Part shown: one piece after another, positions 9,433-18,691 of the stretch | How the letters are laid out: the number at the start of each line of letters is the position of its first letter | Numbering within the stretch: the first letter of the stretch is position 1 | From: Candidatus Electrothrix sp. GW3-4 | GTDB taxonomy: Bacteria; Desulfobacterota; Desulfobulbia; Desulfobulbales; Desulfobulbaceae | NCBI RefSeq assembly: GCF_037902255.1 | Contig: NZ_CP147990.1 | Coordinates: 1,590,001-1,622,000, forward strand | DNA: 32,000 nucleotides | Reading direction: 5' to 3' | Notes under the pieces: generated by a model | Seen by the model: only the letters and a program-made list of their open reading frames with translations | Database searches by the model: none | What the model was told of the DNA's origin: nothing | Made by a program: the position numbers and the translations under genes

Positions 9433-12400
9433 ATGCAAACCCCATCTTCCCAACCCTCAGGCCTTCTTGCCTGGATGGCAGGCAACCACGTTGCCGCCAA
9501 TCTCCTCATGCTCCTCCTGGTCATCGGCGGACTGGTGTCAGCCCGCATGATCACCAAAGAAGTCTTTCCCAGCTATGACCTGGACATCGTCGATATCTCG
9601 GTGAGCTATCCTGGGGCCAGTCCGGAAGAGGTGGAACAGGGGATTATCCTGGCCATGGAAGAAGAGATCCGTAGCCTGGAGAACATTGAACGGGTGACCT
9701 CCACAGCCAATGAGGGCTCAGCTACGGTCAGGGTCGAGCTGCTCTCTGGTGCCAATCCGGATAAGGTCCTGCAGGAGATCAAGAACGGGATAGATCGGAT
9801 CACTTCCTTTCCTGATGAGGTGGAGCGCCCTACGGTCAGCCTTGTGAGCAGGCGGCGTGAGGTCCTGCGCCTGGCCCTGTATGGTGACCTGGACGAGTAC
9901 AGCCTGTTCGGCTTGGCCGAGACCCTGCGCGAAGACCTGATCAGGCTGCCGCAGATCAATCAGGTGGAACTGGGTGGTGTCCGGGACCCGGAGCTGGCCA
10001 TTGAGGTGTCGCAGCATGTCCTTCGGGCCCATGACCTGACCCTGGAGGAGGTGGCAGACACCATCCGCAAAGCTGCCGTGGATATCCCGGCAGGCGGGAT
10101 CAAGACCCAGGGTGGTGAGATCCTGCTTCGCACCAGTGAGCGCCGGGAAACAGCCCTGGAGTTCAGTAACCTGACCGTGATCAGTCAACAGGATGGCACT
10201 GAATTGCCCCTGAGCAGCATTGCCACCATTCGGGAGGGCTTTGCTGAGACCGACCGGGAGGCCTGGTACAACGGCAAGCGGGCCGTGTTCCTCTATGTCT
10301 ATCGGACCGGTGACCAGACCCCTATTGCGATCTCCGAGGCGGTCCATGCCTATATGGAGGAGCTCGCCCCGACCCTCCCTGCCGCTGTGCAATTGACCGC
10401 CTATCGGGACAGGTCTGAGATGTACCGGGATCGCCTGGATCTTCTCTTGCGCAACGGTGCTCTTGGTCTGTTCCTGGTTATGATCACCTTGGGCCTCTTC
10501 CTGGAACCCAGGCTGGCCTTCTGGGTCTCCATGGGCATCCCTATTTCCATCATCGGTTCCCTGCTCATCATCTATTTTATCGGCGGCAGCATCAATATGA
10601 TCTCCCTGTTCGCCTTTATCATCACCCTGGGTATTGTGGTGGATGATGCGGTTGTGGTGGGCGAGAATATCTATCATAAGCGGGAGCAGGGATTGGCCCC
10701 ACACCGGGCTTCGGTCACCGGCGTAACCGAGATGTCAGCGCCGGTGTTGATCGCTGTGGCCACCAATATTATCGCCTTCCTGCCCCTGCTCTTTGTCTCT
10801 GGCTCCACAGGGCGCTTCTTTGCGGTCCTGCCAGAGGTCGTTGTCTCGGTCTTTCTGCTCTCCCTGGTGGAATGCCTCTATATCCTGCCTGCCCATCTCA
10901 ACTATCCCCGGCAGGAGAAAAACCACAGAATCTTACAGTTGCTGGGCAGGATTCCGATCTTCTGCGACCGGCTCCTCGACCGTTTTATTAATGGGCCCTT
11001 TACGGCCTTGCTCCGTCTGGCCCTAGCTGCTCGCTACGTGATTGCCGCCCTGGCCCTGGCTGTCTTGCTGATCGGCTATGCCTATTGGGACAGCGGGCGG
11101 ATTAATTTCTCCTTTCGTCCGCGTATCCAGACCGATTCCATTGATGCCGAGATCGAACTCCCCTATGGGGTGAGCATGGACGAGATGAAACGGGTGGTCC
11201 GCCAGGTTGAGCGGGGGGGGATGCGGGCTGTGGAGCAAAACGGGGGTCAGGCGATCCTGGTGGGGATGCGCACCGATATCGGCAGGGGAGGTGGCAATGC
11301 TGCTGAGGTCTCCATCACCCTGGTGCCGCAGAATGAACGGACTGTGACCACTCGTGCATTCAGCACGGCCTGGCGGAAAGAGGCGGGCGAGATTGCTGGC
11401 CTGGAAAAGCTCTTCTTTGATTTTCTGATCGGACCGGGTGGGGCTGCGGCCATTAATATTGAGCTGAGCCATCCTGACCCAAAGACCTTGGAGCTGGCTG
11501 CTGCTGATCTGGCAGAGGCGGTTGCCCATTACCAAGGAGTGACTGATATTAATGACGGCTTTGCCCAGGGCAAACCCCAGTACGATTTCAAGATCCTGCC
11601 CCAAGGTCGGGCCGCTGGTCTGACGGCCAGAGAGCTGGGACAGCAGGTGCGCCATGCCTTTTATGGCGCAGAGGTCCTGCGCCAGCAGCGGGGACGCAAC
11701 GAGCTCAAGGTGGTGGTGCGTCTGCCCGAGGACGAGCGGAACTCGCTCCTTCACCTGGATGATCTGCTCCTGCGTACCCCGGATGGTGGTGAGATGCCGT
11801 TGAATCGGGCTGCCCAGATGATTCAGGGCCGGGCCTACACCAAGATCGAGCGGGTGGATGGACGACGGGTCCTGGATGTGACCGCGAATGTGGTTGCGGG
11901 TAAGGCCAATGAAAATAAGATCATTGCTGCCCTGCAGAAAGATTTTCTTCCTGACCTGGTTGCCCGGTACAGTGGGCTCAGCTATTCCTTTGCCGGTCAG
12001 CAGCGGGAAAAGGGCAAGGCCTTACATGAATTGCTCATGGGGCTAGGCTTTAGTATGGCGGCCATCTTCTGTCTGCTGGCAGTTCTCTTCCGTAGTTATA
12101 TCCAATCCCTGATGGTGATGATCTCCATCCCCTTTGGTCTGCTCAGCGCCCTGCTCGGTCATGTCATTATGGGCTACAGCCTGAGTATTATCTCGCTCTT
12201 TGGCATGATCGCCCTCTGTGGGGTGGTGATCAACGACAGCCTGGTCTTCATGGTCACGGCCAATCGCTATCGAGACCTGGGGATGACCGCCTTTGAGGCG
12301 GCCCTCAATGGGGCGGCCCGTCGCTTCCGCCCTATTATGCTCACCTCACTGACCACCTTTTTCGGCCTTGCTCCGATGATCTTTGAGCAGTCGATCCAGG

Positions 12401-12534
12401 CCCGCTTTCTTATCCCCATGGCCATCTCCTTGGGCTATGGGATCCTCTTTACGACCTTTGTGATTCTCGTGCTTATGCCTGTACTGTATATGATTTATTA
12501 TGATGTGGTGGGAGAGAATGATAAACGTCCATGA
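9433..12534 (+). CDS. RND efflux inner-membrane permease (AcrB/HAE-type)
   Basis: The protein is 1033 aa with the 12-TM, two-large-loop RND layout. The TM4 proton-relay motif is LGIVVDDAVVVGEN. This is the AcrB-like DD type, not the CzcA-like DFG..DGA..VEN type. Confidence 0.95.
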   Translation: MQTPSSQPSGLLAWMAGNHVAANLLMLLLVIGGLVSARMITKEVFPSYDLDIVDISVSYPGASPEEVEQGIILAMEEEIRSLENIERVTSTANEGSATVRVELLSGANPDKVLQEIKNGIDRITSFPDEVERPTVSLVSRRREVLRLALYGDLDEYSLFGLAETLREDLIRLPQINQVELGGVRDPELAIEVSQHVLRAHDLTLEEVADTIRKAAVDIPAGGIKTQGGEILLRTSERRETALEFSNLTVISQQDGTELPLSSIATIREGFAETDREAWYNGKRAVFLYVYRTGDQTPIAISEAVHAYMEELAPTLPAAVQLTAYRDRSEMYRDRLDLLLRNGALGLFLVMITLGLFLEPRLAFWVSMGIPISIIGSLLIIYFIGGSINMISLFAFIITLGIVVDDAVVVGENIYHKREQGLAPHRASVTGVTEMSAPVLIAVATNIIAFLPLLFVSGSTGRFFAVLPEVVVSVFLLSLVECLYILPAHLNYPRQEKNHRILQLLGRIPIFCDRLLDRFINGPFTALLRLALAARYVIAALALAVLLIGYAYWDSGRINFSFRPRIQTDSIDAEIELPYGVSMDEMKRVVRQVERGGMRAVEQNGGQAILVGMRTDIGRGGGNAAEVSITLVPQNERTVTTRAFSTAWRKEAGEIAGLEKLFFDFLIGPGGAAAINIELSHPDPKTLELAAADLAEAVAHYQGVTDINDGFAQGKPQYDFKILPQGRAAGLTARELGQQVRHAFYGAEVLRQQRGRNELKVVVRLPEDERNSLLHLDDLLLRTPDGGEMPLNRAAQMIQGRAYTKIERVDGRRVLDVTANVVAGKANENKIIAALQKDFLPDLVARYSGLSYSFAGQQREKGKALHELLMGLGFSMAAIFCLLAVLFRSYIQSLMVMISIPFGLLSALLGHVIMGYSLSIISLFGMIALCGVVINDSLVFMVTANRYRDLGMTAFEAALNGAARRFRPIMLTSLTTFFGLAPMIFEQSIQARFLIPMAISLGYGILFTTFVILVLMPVLYMIYYDVVGENDKRP

Positions 12535-12862
12535 GTACAGTCTGTTAATTGATGTGTATGATGGGGTAGTAATTTTAACGTCCTGAGTTCGTATAATAAG
12601 TGCAAGAGTCTCAACAGGTATCTTCAGGATATGAAACCAGGTTGCCAGCCCGATTTATCTCGGGAGCAAACAAGTCTTGACATAAATAAAAGTTTGAGTT
12701 TAAGCTGTTACGGAAGTTTTTGCATGTCTGCGTCTCTTACAGCGCTGCACAGGGGGAACTTCCCGAGCAACGAACATACCCGGCTTATCCTTACCGGACC
12801 GATAGCTCTCCCCAGAGCTTCCCTTCCTCCCTATCAACTCGATCAAGGCAAAGGAGATTAAG

Positions 12863-15511
12863 ATGAGCAATCAGGAATTCTTGCGAGAAATCAGCATTCA
12901 TGGAACATCGTACAGGTTCTATAATATTCAGCTGCTGACTGATAAAGGGGTAAATGTCGCCCGTCTGCCTTTTTCCATCCGGGTGCTGGTGGAAAATATC
13001 CTCCGAAATATGAACGGGGGCACCGTGACCGAGAAAGATCTGGAGCAGATCAGTGGCTGGAAGCCCTGGTATATTGAGCCAGTGGAGATTCCCTATCATC
13101 CTGGTCGGGTTCTGATGCAGGATTTCACAGGGGTACCAGCGGTGGTGGATCTGGCCGCAATGCGGGATGCCATCAAAGAGCAGGGAGGTGATCCGCAAAA
13201 GATCAATCCGCTAATTCCAGTCGATTTGGTGGTTGATCACTCAGTACAGGTGGATTATTACGGGACGCCCCAGGCCTTGGAGCAGAACGTGGCTAAGGAA
13301 TATGAGCGCAATAGCGAGCGCTATGCCTTTCTGAAATGGGCGCAGCGAAATTTTGATAATTTTAAGGCCGTACCCCCTAACTCGGGTATTTGCCATCAGG
13401 TAAACCTGGAGTATCTCGCCCAGGTGGTGATGGCCGAACCAAAGCATAATCCGGATGATCCACCGCTGCTCTATCCAGACACCTTGGTTGGTACTGATTC
13501 CCACACCACTATGATCAACGGTGCCGGGGTCATGGGTTGGGGAGTAGGAGGGATTGAGGCAGAGGCGGTGATGCTGGGACAACCCTATTTCATGTCTATC
13601 CCTGAGGTGGTGGGCGTGCGCCTGACCGGCAAGCTCAGGCCCGGTGTGACTACCACGGATCTGGCCCTGACGATCACTCAGCTCTTACGGGAGCAGAAGG
13701 TGGTAGAGAAGTTTGTTGAGTTCTTTGGCCCAGGCAGCAAAAAACTCAATGTCATGGATCGGGCCACCATTGCCAATATGAGCCCGGAATACGGGGCCAC
13801 CATGGGCTTTTTTCCGGTGGATGAGCAAACCATTCAGTATCTGGAGATGACCAACCGGGCAGAACAGGCACGCATCACCGAAGCCTATAGCAGAGAGACG
13901 GGCTTATTTTATACTGGTGAGGAAACGCCTGAGTACAGCAAGGTCATTCATCTGGATTTGTCCTTTGTTGAACCCTGCTTGGCCGGGCCTTCTCGCCCCC
14001 AGGACAGGATTCCCCTGAGCGGGCTCAAATCCACGGTGTTTCCTGAGGAGGAGCAGAAAAGTATCTCCGTGCAGGTTGGTGAGCAGGAGATGACGCTAAG
14101 TAACGGTAGTATTGTTATCGCGGCCATTACCTCCTGCACTAACACCTCAAATCCCTTTGTCCTGATCGGCGCGGCCTTGCTGGCCAAGAAGGCTGTTGCC
14201 AGAGGTCTAACGGTGCCACCTCAGGTCAAGACCTCTTTTGCTCCTGGGTCCACAGTGGTTGCGGATTATCTTCGCAAGGCAGACTTGCTCAGCCCCTTGG
14301 AGAAACTCGGCTTTCATATCGCGGCCTTTGGTTGCACCACCTGTATTGGTAATAGCGGCCCCCTGGATCCCGCTCTTGAGCAGGCCATCACCGATAATGC
14401 CTTGTCGGTGGCCTCAGTGCTTTCCGGTAATCGCAATTTCGAGGCCCGGATTCACCAGAAGATCAAAGGGAATTTTCTGGCCTCCCCCATGCTGGTGGTC
14501 GCCTTTGCCCTCTGCGGTCGCATTGATATGGACCTGGAAAAGGAGCCGCTGGGACAGGATACCAAGGGAGAACCGGTTTTCCTCCGTGATATCTGGCCTG
14601 ATGAGGATAAAATTCAATCGCTTCTCAATAAGCATTTCAGCGATGAACTCTTTCAGCACAACTATGCCACTATATTTGACGGCGACACTCGCTGGCAGGC
14701 GATGCCAGTTGCCGGGGAAAACACCTTTCCCTGGGATGAATCCTCCAACTATATCAAGAAGCCGCCCTATTTTAACGAGTTCCAGCAGGAGATTTCCTCA
14801 GGTGAAGACAGCATAAAGGCACGGGCCCTCCTTCTCTTGACTGACTCCGTGACCACAGACCATATCTCTCCGGCAGGGGCTATCCCGGAGGCCTATCCTG
14901 CTGGCCAGTATTTATTAGGGCAGGGGGTGAACAAGGAGGAATTTAACTCCTATGGTTCACGACGTGGTAACCATGAGGTGATGATGCGGGGTACCTTTGG
15001 TAATATCAGAATAAAAAATCGACTGGTTGCGCCCAAAGAGGGCAGCTTTACCCGAAAATTTCCTGAGAATGAAGAGATGCCGGTTTATGAGGCGGCCATG
15101 AAATATCAGCAGGAAGGAACACCTTTGGTGGTGCTGGCAGGCAAGGAATACGGTACCGGTTCCTCCCGTGACTGGGCTGCCAAGGGAACTCAGCTGCTTG
15201 GGGTCAAGGCGGTGATCGCTGAATCCTACGAGCGAATCCATCGCAGCAACCTGGTGGGCATGGGGGTGCTGCCTCTTCAGTTCAGTGACGGGGAAAATTG
15301 GCAGAGTATCGGTCTGGACGGATCAGAGCTCTTTGTTTTGACTGGACTCCGTGAAGTGAAACCGGGAAAATCTCTGCTCGTGCGGGCGGAAAAGGCTGAC
15401 AGCACTGCCGTTGAATTCACAGTCCTCGCCAAGCTGAATACGAATATAGAGGTGACCTATTATCAACAAGGGGGAATTCTGCCCTATGTGTTGAGGAAGT
15501 TGCTGCATTGA
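12863..15511 (+). CDS. acnA: Aconitate hydratase A
   Basis: The protein is 882 aa. Its aconitase signatures are LVGTDSHTTMINGAGV, ITSCTNTSNP, GCTTCIGNSGP and SGNRNFEARIH. A strong RBS (AAGGAGattaagATG) precedes the start. Confidence 0.95.
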   Translation: MSNQEFLREISIHGTSYRFYNIQLLTDKGVNVARLPFSIRVLVENILRNMNGGTVTEKDLEQISGWKPWYIEPVEIPYHPGRVLMQDFTGVPAVVDLAAMRDAIKEQGGDPQKINPLIPVDLVVDHSVQVDYYGTPQALEQNVAKEYERNSERYAFLKWAQRNFDNFKAVPPNSGICHQVNLEYLAQVVMAEPKHNPDDPPLLYPDTLVGTDSHTTMINGAGVMGWGVGGIEAEAVMLGQPYFMSIPEVVGVRLTGKLRPGVTTTDLALTITQLLREQKVVEKFVEFFGPGSKKLNVMDRATIANMSPEYGATMGFFPVDEQTIQYLEMTNRAEQARITEAYSRETGLFYTGEETPEYSKVIHLDLSFVEPCLAGPSRPQDRIPLSGLKSTVFPEEEQKSISVQVGEQEMTLSNGSIVIAAITSCTNTSNPFVLIGAALLAKKAVARGLTVPPQVKTSFAPGSTVVADYLRKADLLSPLEKLGFHIAAFGCTTCIGNSGPLDPALEQAITDNALSVASVLSGNRNFEARIHQKIKGNFLASPMLVVAFALCGRIDMDLEKEPLGQDTKGEPVFLRDIWPDEDKIQSLLNKHFSDELFQHNYATIFDGDTRWQAMPVAGENTFPWDESSNYIKKPPYFNEFQQEISSGEDSIKARALLLLTDSVTTDHISPAGAIPEAYPAGQYLLGQGVNKEEFNSYGSRRGNHEVMMRGTFGNIRIKNRLVAPKEGSFTRKFPENEEMPVYEAAMKYQQEGTPLVVLAGKEYGTGSSRDWAAKGTQLLGVKAVIAESYERIHRSNLVGMGVLPLQFSDGENWQSIGLDGSELFVLTGLREVKPGKSLLVRAEKADSTAVEFTVLAKLNTNIEVTYYQQGGILPYVLRKLLH

Positions 15512-15624
15512 GCAAGGTATAACATAGCCTTTCAACTTTCGTGGCTTCGTTTGATGTCCGCTTGCAAGTATCTGCGGAGATGGAACAGGCCGTAACCAAG
15601 AGCTGCGGCCCTTCTCCCCAGGGA

Positions 15625-16692
15625 TCAATGTTGCGGATAATGCCTGTACCGATAAACAATATTCGTGAATCTGGAGCAACTGTCGTTTGTGCAGGTGCCG
15701 TTATGCCGCGCTTCGAACTTTTTTTGATCAATCGCGATAAAGAGATCGTGACCGGACAGGGCAACGCCCTCAATGCCTTGCAACACTGTTCCAGCGGGCG
15801 ACAAGGGCTGGGTTAAAAAAATTTGGCTGACCGTACCGTGGGACGACATACCGGTCGGCGGCGTCATCCTGATTTCCTGGAGCAGGAAGGCTCCGTTATT
15901 ATCTTTTCGGTCATATCCCTCATCATATAAGACAAAGAGGGTATCATAGGTCGAGGAGTAAAATAATGCTGAAATGGCTGCTGTTTTCAGTACTGATTCT
16001 GTAATGATTCCGGCACGCATGACCCTGGTCCCGTTTTGTTCCAGGTCGTACGCATATATTTTCCCTTTCCCCTTCTCTGCCTGGGTGGCAGCCAAGAATA
16101 AGCCATTGAAGCCGCCTGTCGAATCAGGAAAGGGGTGTTTTCCATCCGGCACAAAGGTCATCCCCTCCATCCCTCCTTCCCCTCTCTTGCCATTATGGGG
16201 AAGATCAGTGAGCTGCCAATTTTGACCGATATTGGCATTCGACCCTGCTGATAGCCGATTGCTTTTTTTCGGATCAGGGTTGGGATAATACTCGTAGATT
16301 GTTGGCATAATCGAGCTTTCATCTCCTTCAACATTGAGAAAGAGTGCGCCACCAACGGAAGTCATGCCTTCAAAATCGGTATCCACCAGCGAATCGACCT
16401 TATTCATATCCTGGTAATCAAGGGCCTTGCCCGTGTTGTTGTTTGCCCCCAGGCTGACCCGGGCGAGCTTGCCGTTGTCGCTTACTATATACAGATAGCC
16501 GCCTGCCCAGGATAAACCGCTCGGTTCGAAGTCAGTCCCGGAATCCTTTGTAAACAGCAGGGTGTTGCTTGGGCTTACGGGCCACGCGCACGGCCCGGAT
16601 GTGCAGGAAGGGGCCGTGGCGTTTGCAGTCGGAGTCATCAGCAATCCCCCCCAAGCGGCAGCCAACAATACTATAGCACGATTTTTTTTCAT
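15625..16692 (-). CDS. Secreted beta-propeller protein, phytase-like / SdiA-regulated-like
   Basis: I prefer the ATG at 16692 because it has a GGAG 8 nt upstream and gives a signal peptide (MKKNRAIVLLAAAWGGLLMTPTANA). Repeated blade motifs are present: FEPSGLSW..GYLYIVSDNG, FEGMTSVGGALF, MEGMTFVPDG and IEGVALSGHDLFIAID. Confidence 0.5.
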   Translation of the reverse strand: MKKNRAIVLLAAAWGGLLMTPTANATAPSCTSGPCAWPVSPSNTLLFTKDSGTDFEPSGLSWAGGYLYIVSDNGKLARVSLGANNNTGKALDYQDMNKVDSLVDTDFEGMTSVGGALFLNVEGDESSIMPTIYEYYPNPDPKKSNRLSAGSNANIGQNWQLTDLPHNGKRGEGGMEGMTFVPDGKHPFPDSTGGFNGLFLAATQAEKGKGKIYAYDLEQNGTRVMRAGIITESVLKTAAISALFYSSTYDTLFVLYDEGYDRKDNNGAFLLQEIRMTPPTGMSSHGTVSQIFLTQPLSPAGTVLQGIEGVALSGHDLFIAIDQKKFEARHNGTCTNDSCSRFTNIVYRYRHYPQH

Positions 16693-16741
16693 AACGATCT
16701 CCTTTTTTTCTTTGGCTGTCACTACGATCAATTTAAAATTA

Positions 16742-18460
16742 TTAAGAAAAATGAGTGTCCATCGTGTTGATACGACTTTGGATGGGCGGCACGGCTTGGT
16801 CATCGATCCACACATCAAGGACCGTTGGAACCTGTGCGCTCAGGATATCCTCAACCAACGAGGCGGTCAAGGTAACTTTGCCGTCGAGATGTATACCGCG
16901 CGCTCCCAGTCCTTCAGCAATTTTGACATAATCGACCCTTTGAAAACAAGTGCTCATGACATCTGGGATGGTTTCTTTCACGAGATGTCGACCGTGATAT
17001 ATCATGCCGAGCATGGCATTGTTCAAGACCACCCAGATCACCGGAATTTTGTAGTTGACTGCTGTGGCCACCTCGAAACCGTTCATCAGAAAGGAACCGT
17101 CCCCAACCATGGCCACTACCGGACGATCGGGTGACGCTAAACGAGCTCCCACAGGCGCGGCAACGGCATACCCCATGGAGCCGTAGCCCAGGGAAACAAA
17201 AAATGAACCGGGGTGAACAATGCTCATATAACGAATGGCCCAAGCCATAGAGGTGCCGATGTCTGCAAAGAATATACAATTTTCCGGGAAAAATTTTTGA
17301 ATATCAAACATTAATTGTGCAGGATGATAAAGGTCGTTTCCTGATGTGAACGTTTCCTTTGGAGTATGGCGTTGCCGTAGACCTTGCAGATGTTGGTTAT
17401 GGTGGGCGCTGTGATTTTTTTTCAGCGCAACCCCTTCTACCGCCTGGGCAAGCATTTTAAGATTTATTTGTGGATCACCTACCATGTGGTGTGATGCGCG
17501 ATAATTCTTTCCTATCTTTTCGATATCAACATCCAGATGAATCAGATGTTCGCTGGGCTGGAGATGCTCATCCCAGCCGTTAGTCATCATCTCACTGAAA
17601 CTGGTCCCCACTGCCAGAAGGACATCCACATCATTGTCAATGAGATATTCCTTGGCCAGGGGAGAGCCTGCAAATCCCAGAACCCCTAAGGAGAGTTCAT
17701 GGGATTCCGGGAACACTCCTTTGGCCTTTGGAGAAGTGGCCACCGGAATCTGGAGTCGTTCGGCCAGTTGCAGAAGCTCCGGCATGGCTTGAGAAAGATA
17801 GACTCCCCAACCGGCGATGATTGCCGGACGTCGGGCCTCAGCAAGGAGTTCAGCCACCTTATCCACCCGTTCCACGTCGAAAAGGCGTGTTTCTTCGGTG
17901 CCTGTTGATAGGAGAGATTCCCGTAGTTCGACAGGTCGTTTCATAATGTCGGCGGGCAGGTTGAGATGCACAGGGCCGCCTGGATTGCTCAAGGCGAGAC
18001 GAATGGCCTTGAGTAGCATATATTGAGCACGGCCCTCAGAGATCAGTATTCTGCTATATTTTGTAAAACTGCTGAATATCCGCATGAGATCAATCTGTTC
18101 TGATCCAGATTCCTGAAAGGCCCCTTTACCGAAGAGCGATGTGGCCACTTGACCGGTCAGGGCCAGTATCGGAATCTGGTCGACATATGATGATATCAGG
18201 CCGGTGATGAGATTGGAAGCTCCAGGACCGGCTGTGGCATAACATACGCCGAGCCTGCCCGAGACACGGGCATAGCCGTCAGCCATGAAGGCGGCACCTT
18301 CCTCGTGTTTGCTGACAATGGGAATAATATCATACGGGTTGTTGTCCAGGGCGGTATTGAGATCTTCAATGGCAGATCCAGGTACGCCGAACAAGTATTT
18401 TACTCCGGTTCGACCTAATATTTCGACAATCATCTCAGCGGTATTCATGCATTCTTCCAC
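16742..18460 (-). CDS. Thiamine-diphosphate-dependent enzyme of the acetolactate-synthase large-subunit family
   Basis: The N-terminal Pyr domain reads GVPGSAIEDL...HEEGAAFMADGYARVSGRLGVCYATAGPGASNL. The ThDP-binding motif is GDGSF-x24-NN (MVGDGSFLMNGFEVATAVNYKIPVIWVVLNNAMLG). The track start is the GTG at 18460. An ATG at 18448 is an alternative start. Confidence 0.85.
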   Translation of the reverse strand: MEECMNTAEMIVEILGRTGVKYLFGVPGSAIEDLNTALDNNPYDIIPIVSKHEEGAAFMADGYARVSGRLGVCYATAGPGASNLITGLISSYVDQIPILALTGQVATSLFGKGAFQESGSEQIDLMRIFSSFTKYSRILISEGRAQYMLLKAIRLALSNPGGPVHLNLPADIMKRPVELRESLLSTGTEETRLFDVERVDKVAELLAEARRPAIIAGWGVYLSQAMPELLQLAERLQIPVATSPKAKGVFPESHELSLGVLGFAGSPLAKEYLIDNDVDVLLAVGTSFSEMMTNGWDEHLQPSEHLIHLDVDIEKIGKNYRASHHMVGDPQINLKMLAQAVEGVALKKNHSAHHNQHLQGLRQRHTPKETFTSGNDLYHPAQLMFDIQKFFPENCIFFADIGTSMAWAIRYMSIVHPGSFFVSLGYGSMGYAVAAPVGARLASPDRPVVAMVGDGSFLMNGFEVATAVNYKIPVIWVVLNNAMLGMIYHGRHLVKETIPDVMSTCFQRVDYVKIAEGLGARGIHLDGKVTLTASLVEDILSAQVPTVLDVWIDDQAVPPIQSRINTMDTHFS

Positions 18461-18691
18461 CGGTGTTGTGCCGATGGCCTCTTTACAGATTGGCGGTCTT
18501 GATGAACCCGTTCAGGGGATAAACGGAAAGATGCTCTGAAAGATGGTTAATCTTATGTTATCCCTGATGGGAATACAAGGAACATGGTAAAGATGAGAAA
18601 CTGGGTAGAGTTATAAGAAAATGCGAACGAAAAATTCTTGGAGTGTTGTAATGCAGAAGACAAAAAAGGTACTGCATGGGGCAATCCCTGT

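Noticed and set aside
9718-11754. Long minus-strand ORFs (328 aa at 9718..10704, 243 aa at 11023..11754) inside the RND gene
   Set aside because: They are antisense to a confidently called permease in a G+C-rich region where long spurious antisense ORFs are expected. Their translations are Gly/Pro/Gln-rich with no motifs.
12631-12861. 76-aa ORF immediately upstream of acnA
   Set aside because: It has no Shine-Dalgarno sequence and no recognisable similarity. Its composition is typical of translated non-coding DNA. I treated the region as an untranslated leader or intergenic sequence.
12863-15511. acnA as a member of the citrate-synthase-fold locus (alkylcitrate-type logic)
   Set aside because: acnA is convergent to the locus and has host-like high G+C. 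It looks like the canonical housekeeping AcnA, so the adjacency is more simply coincidental.
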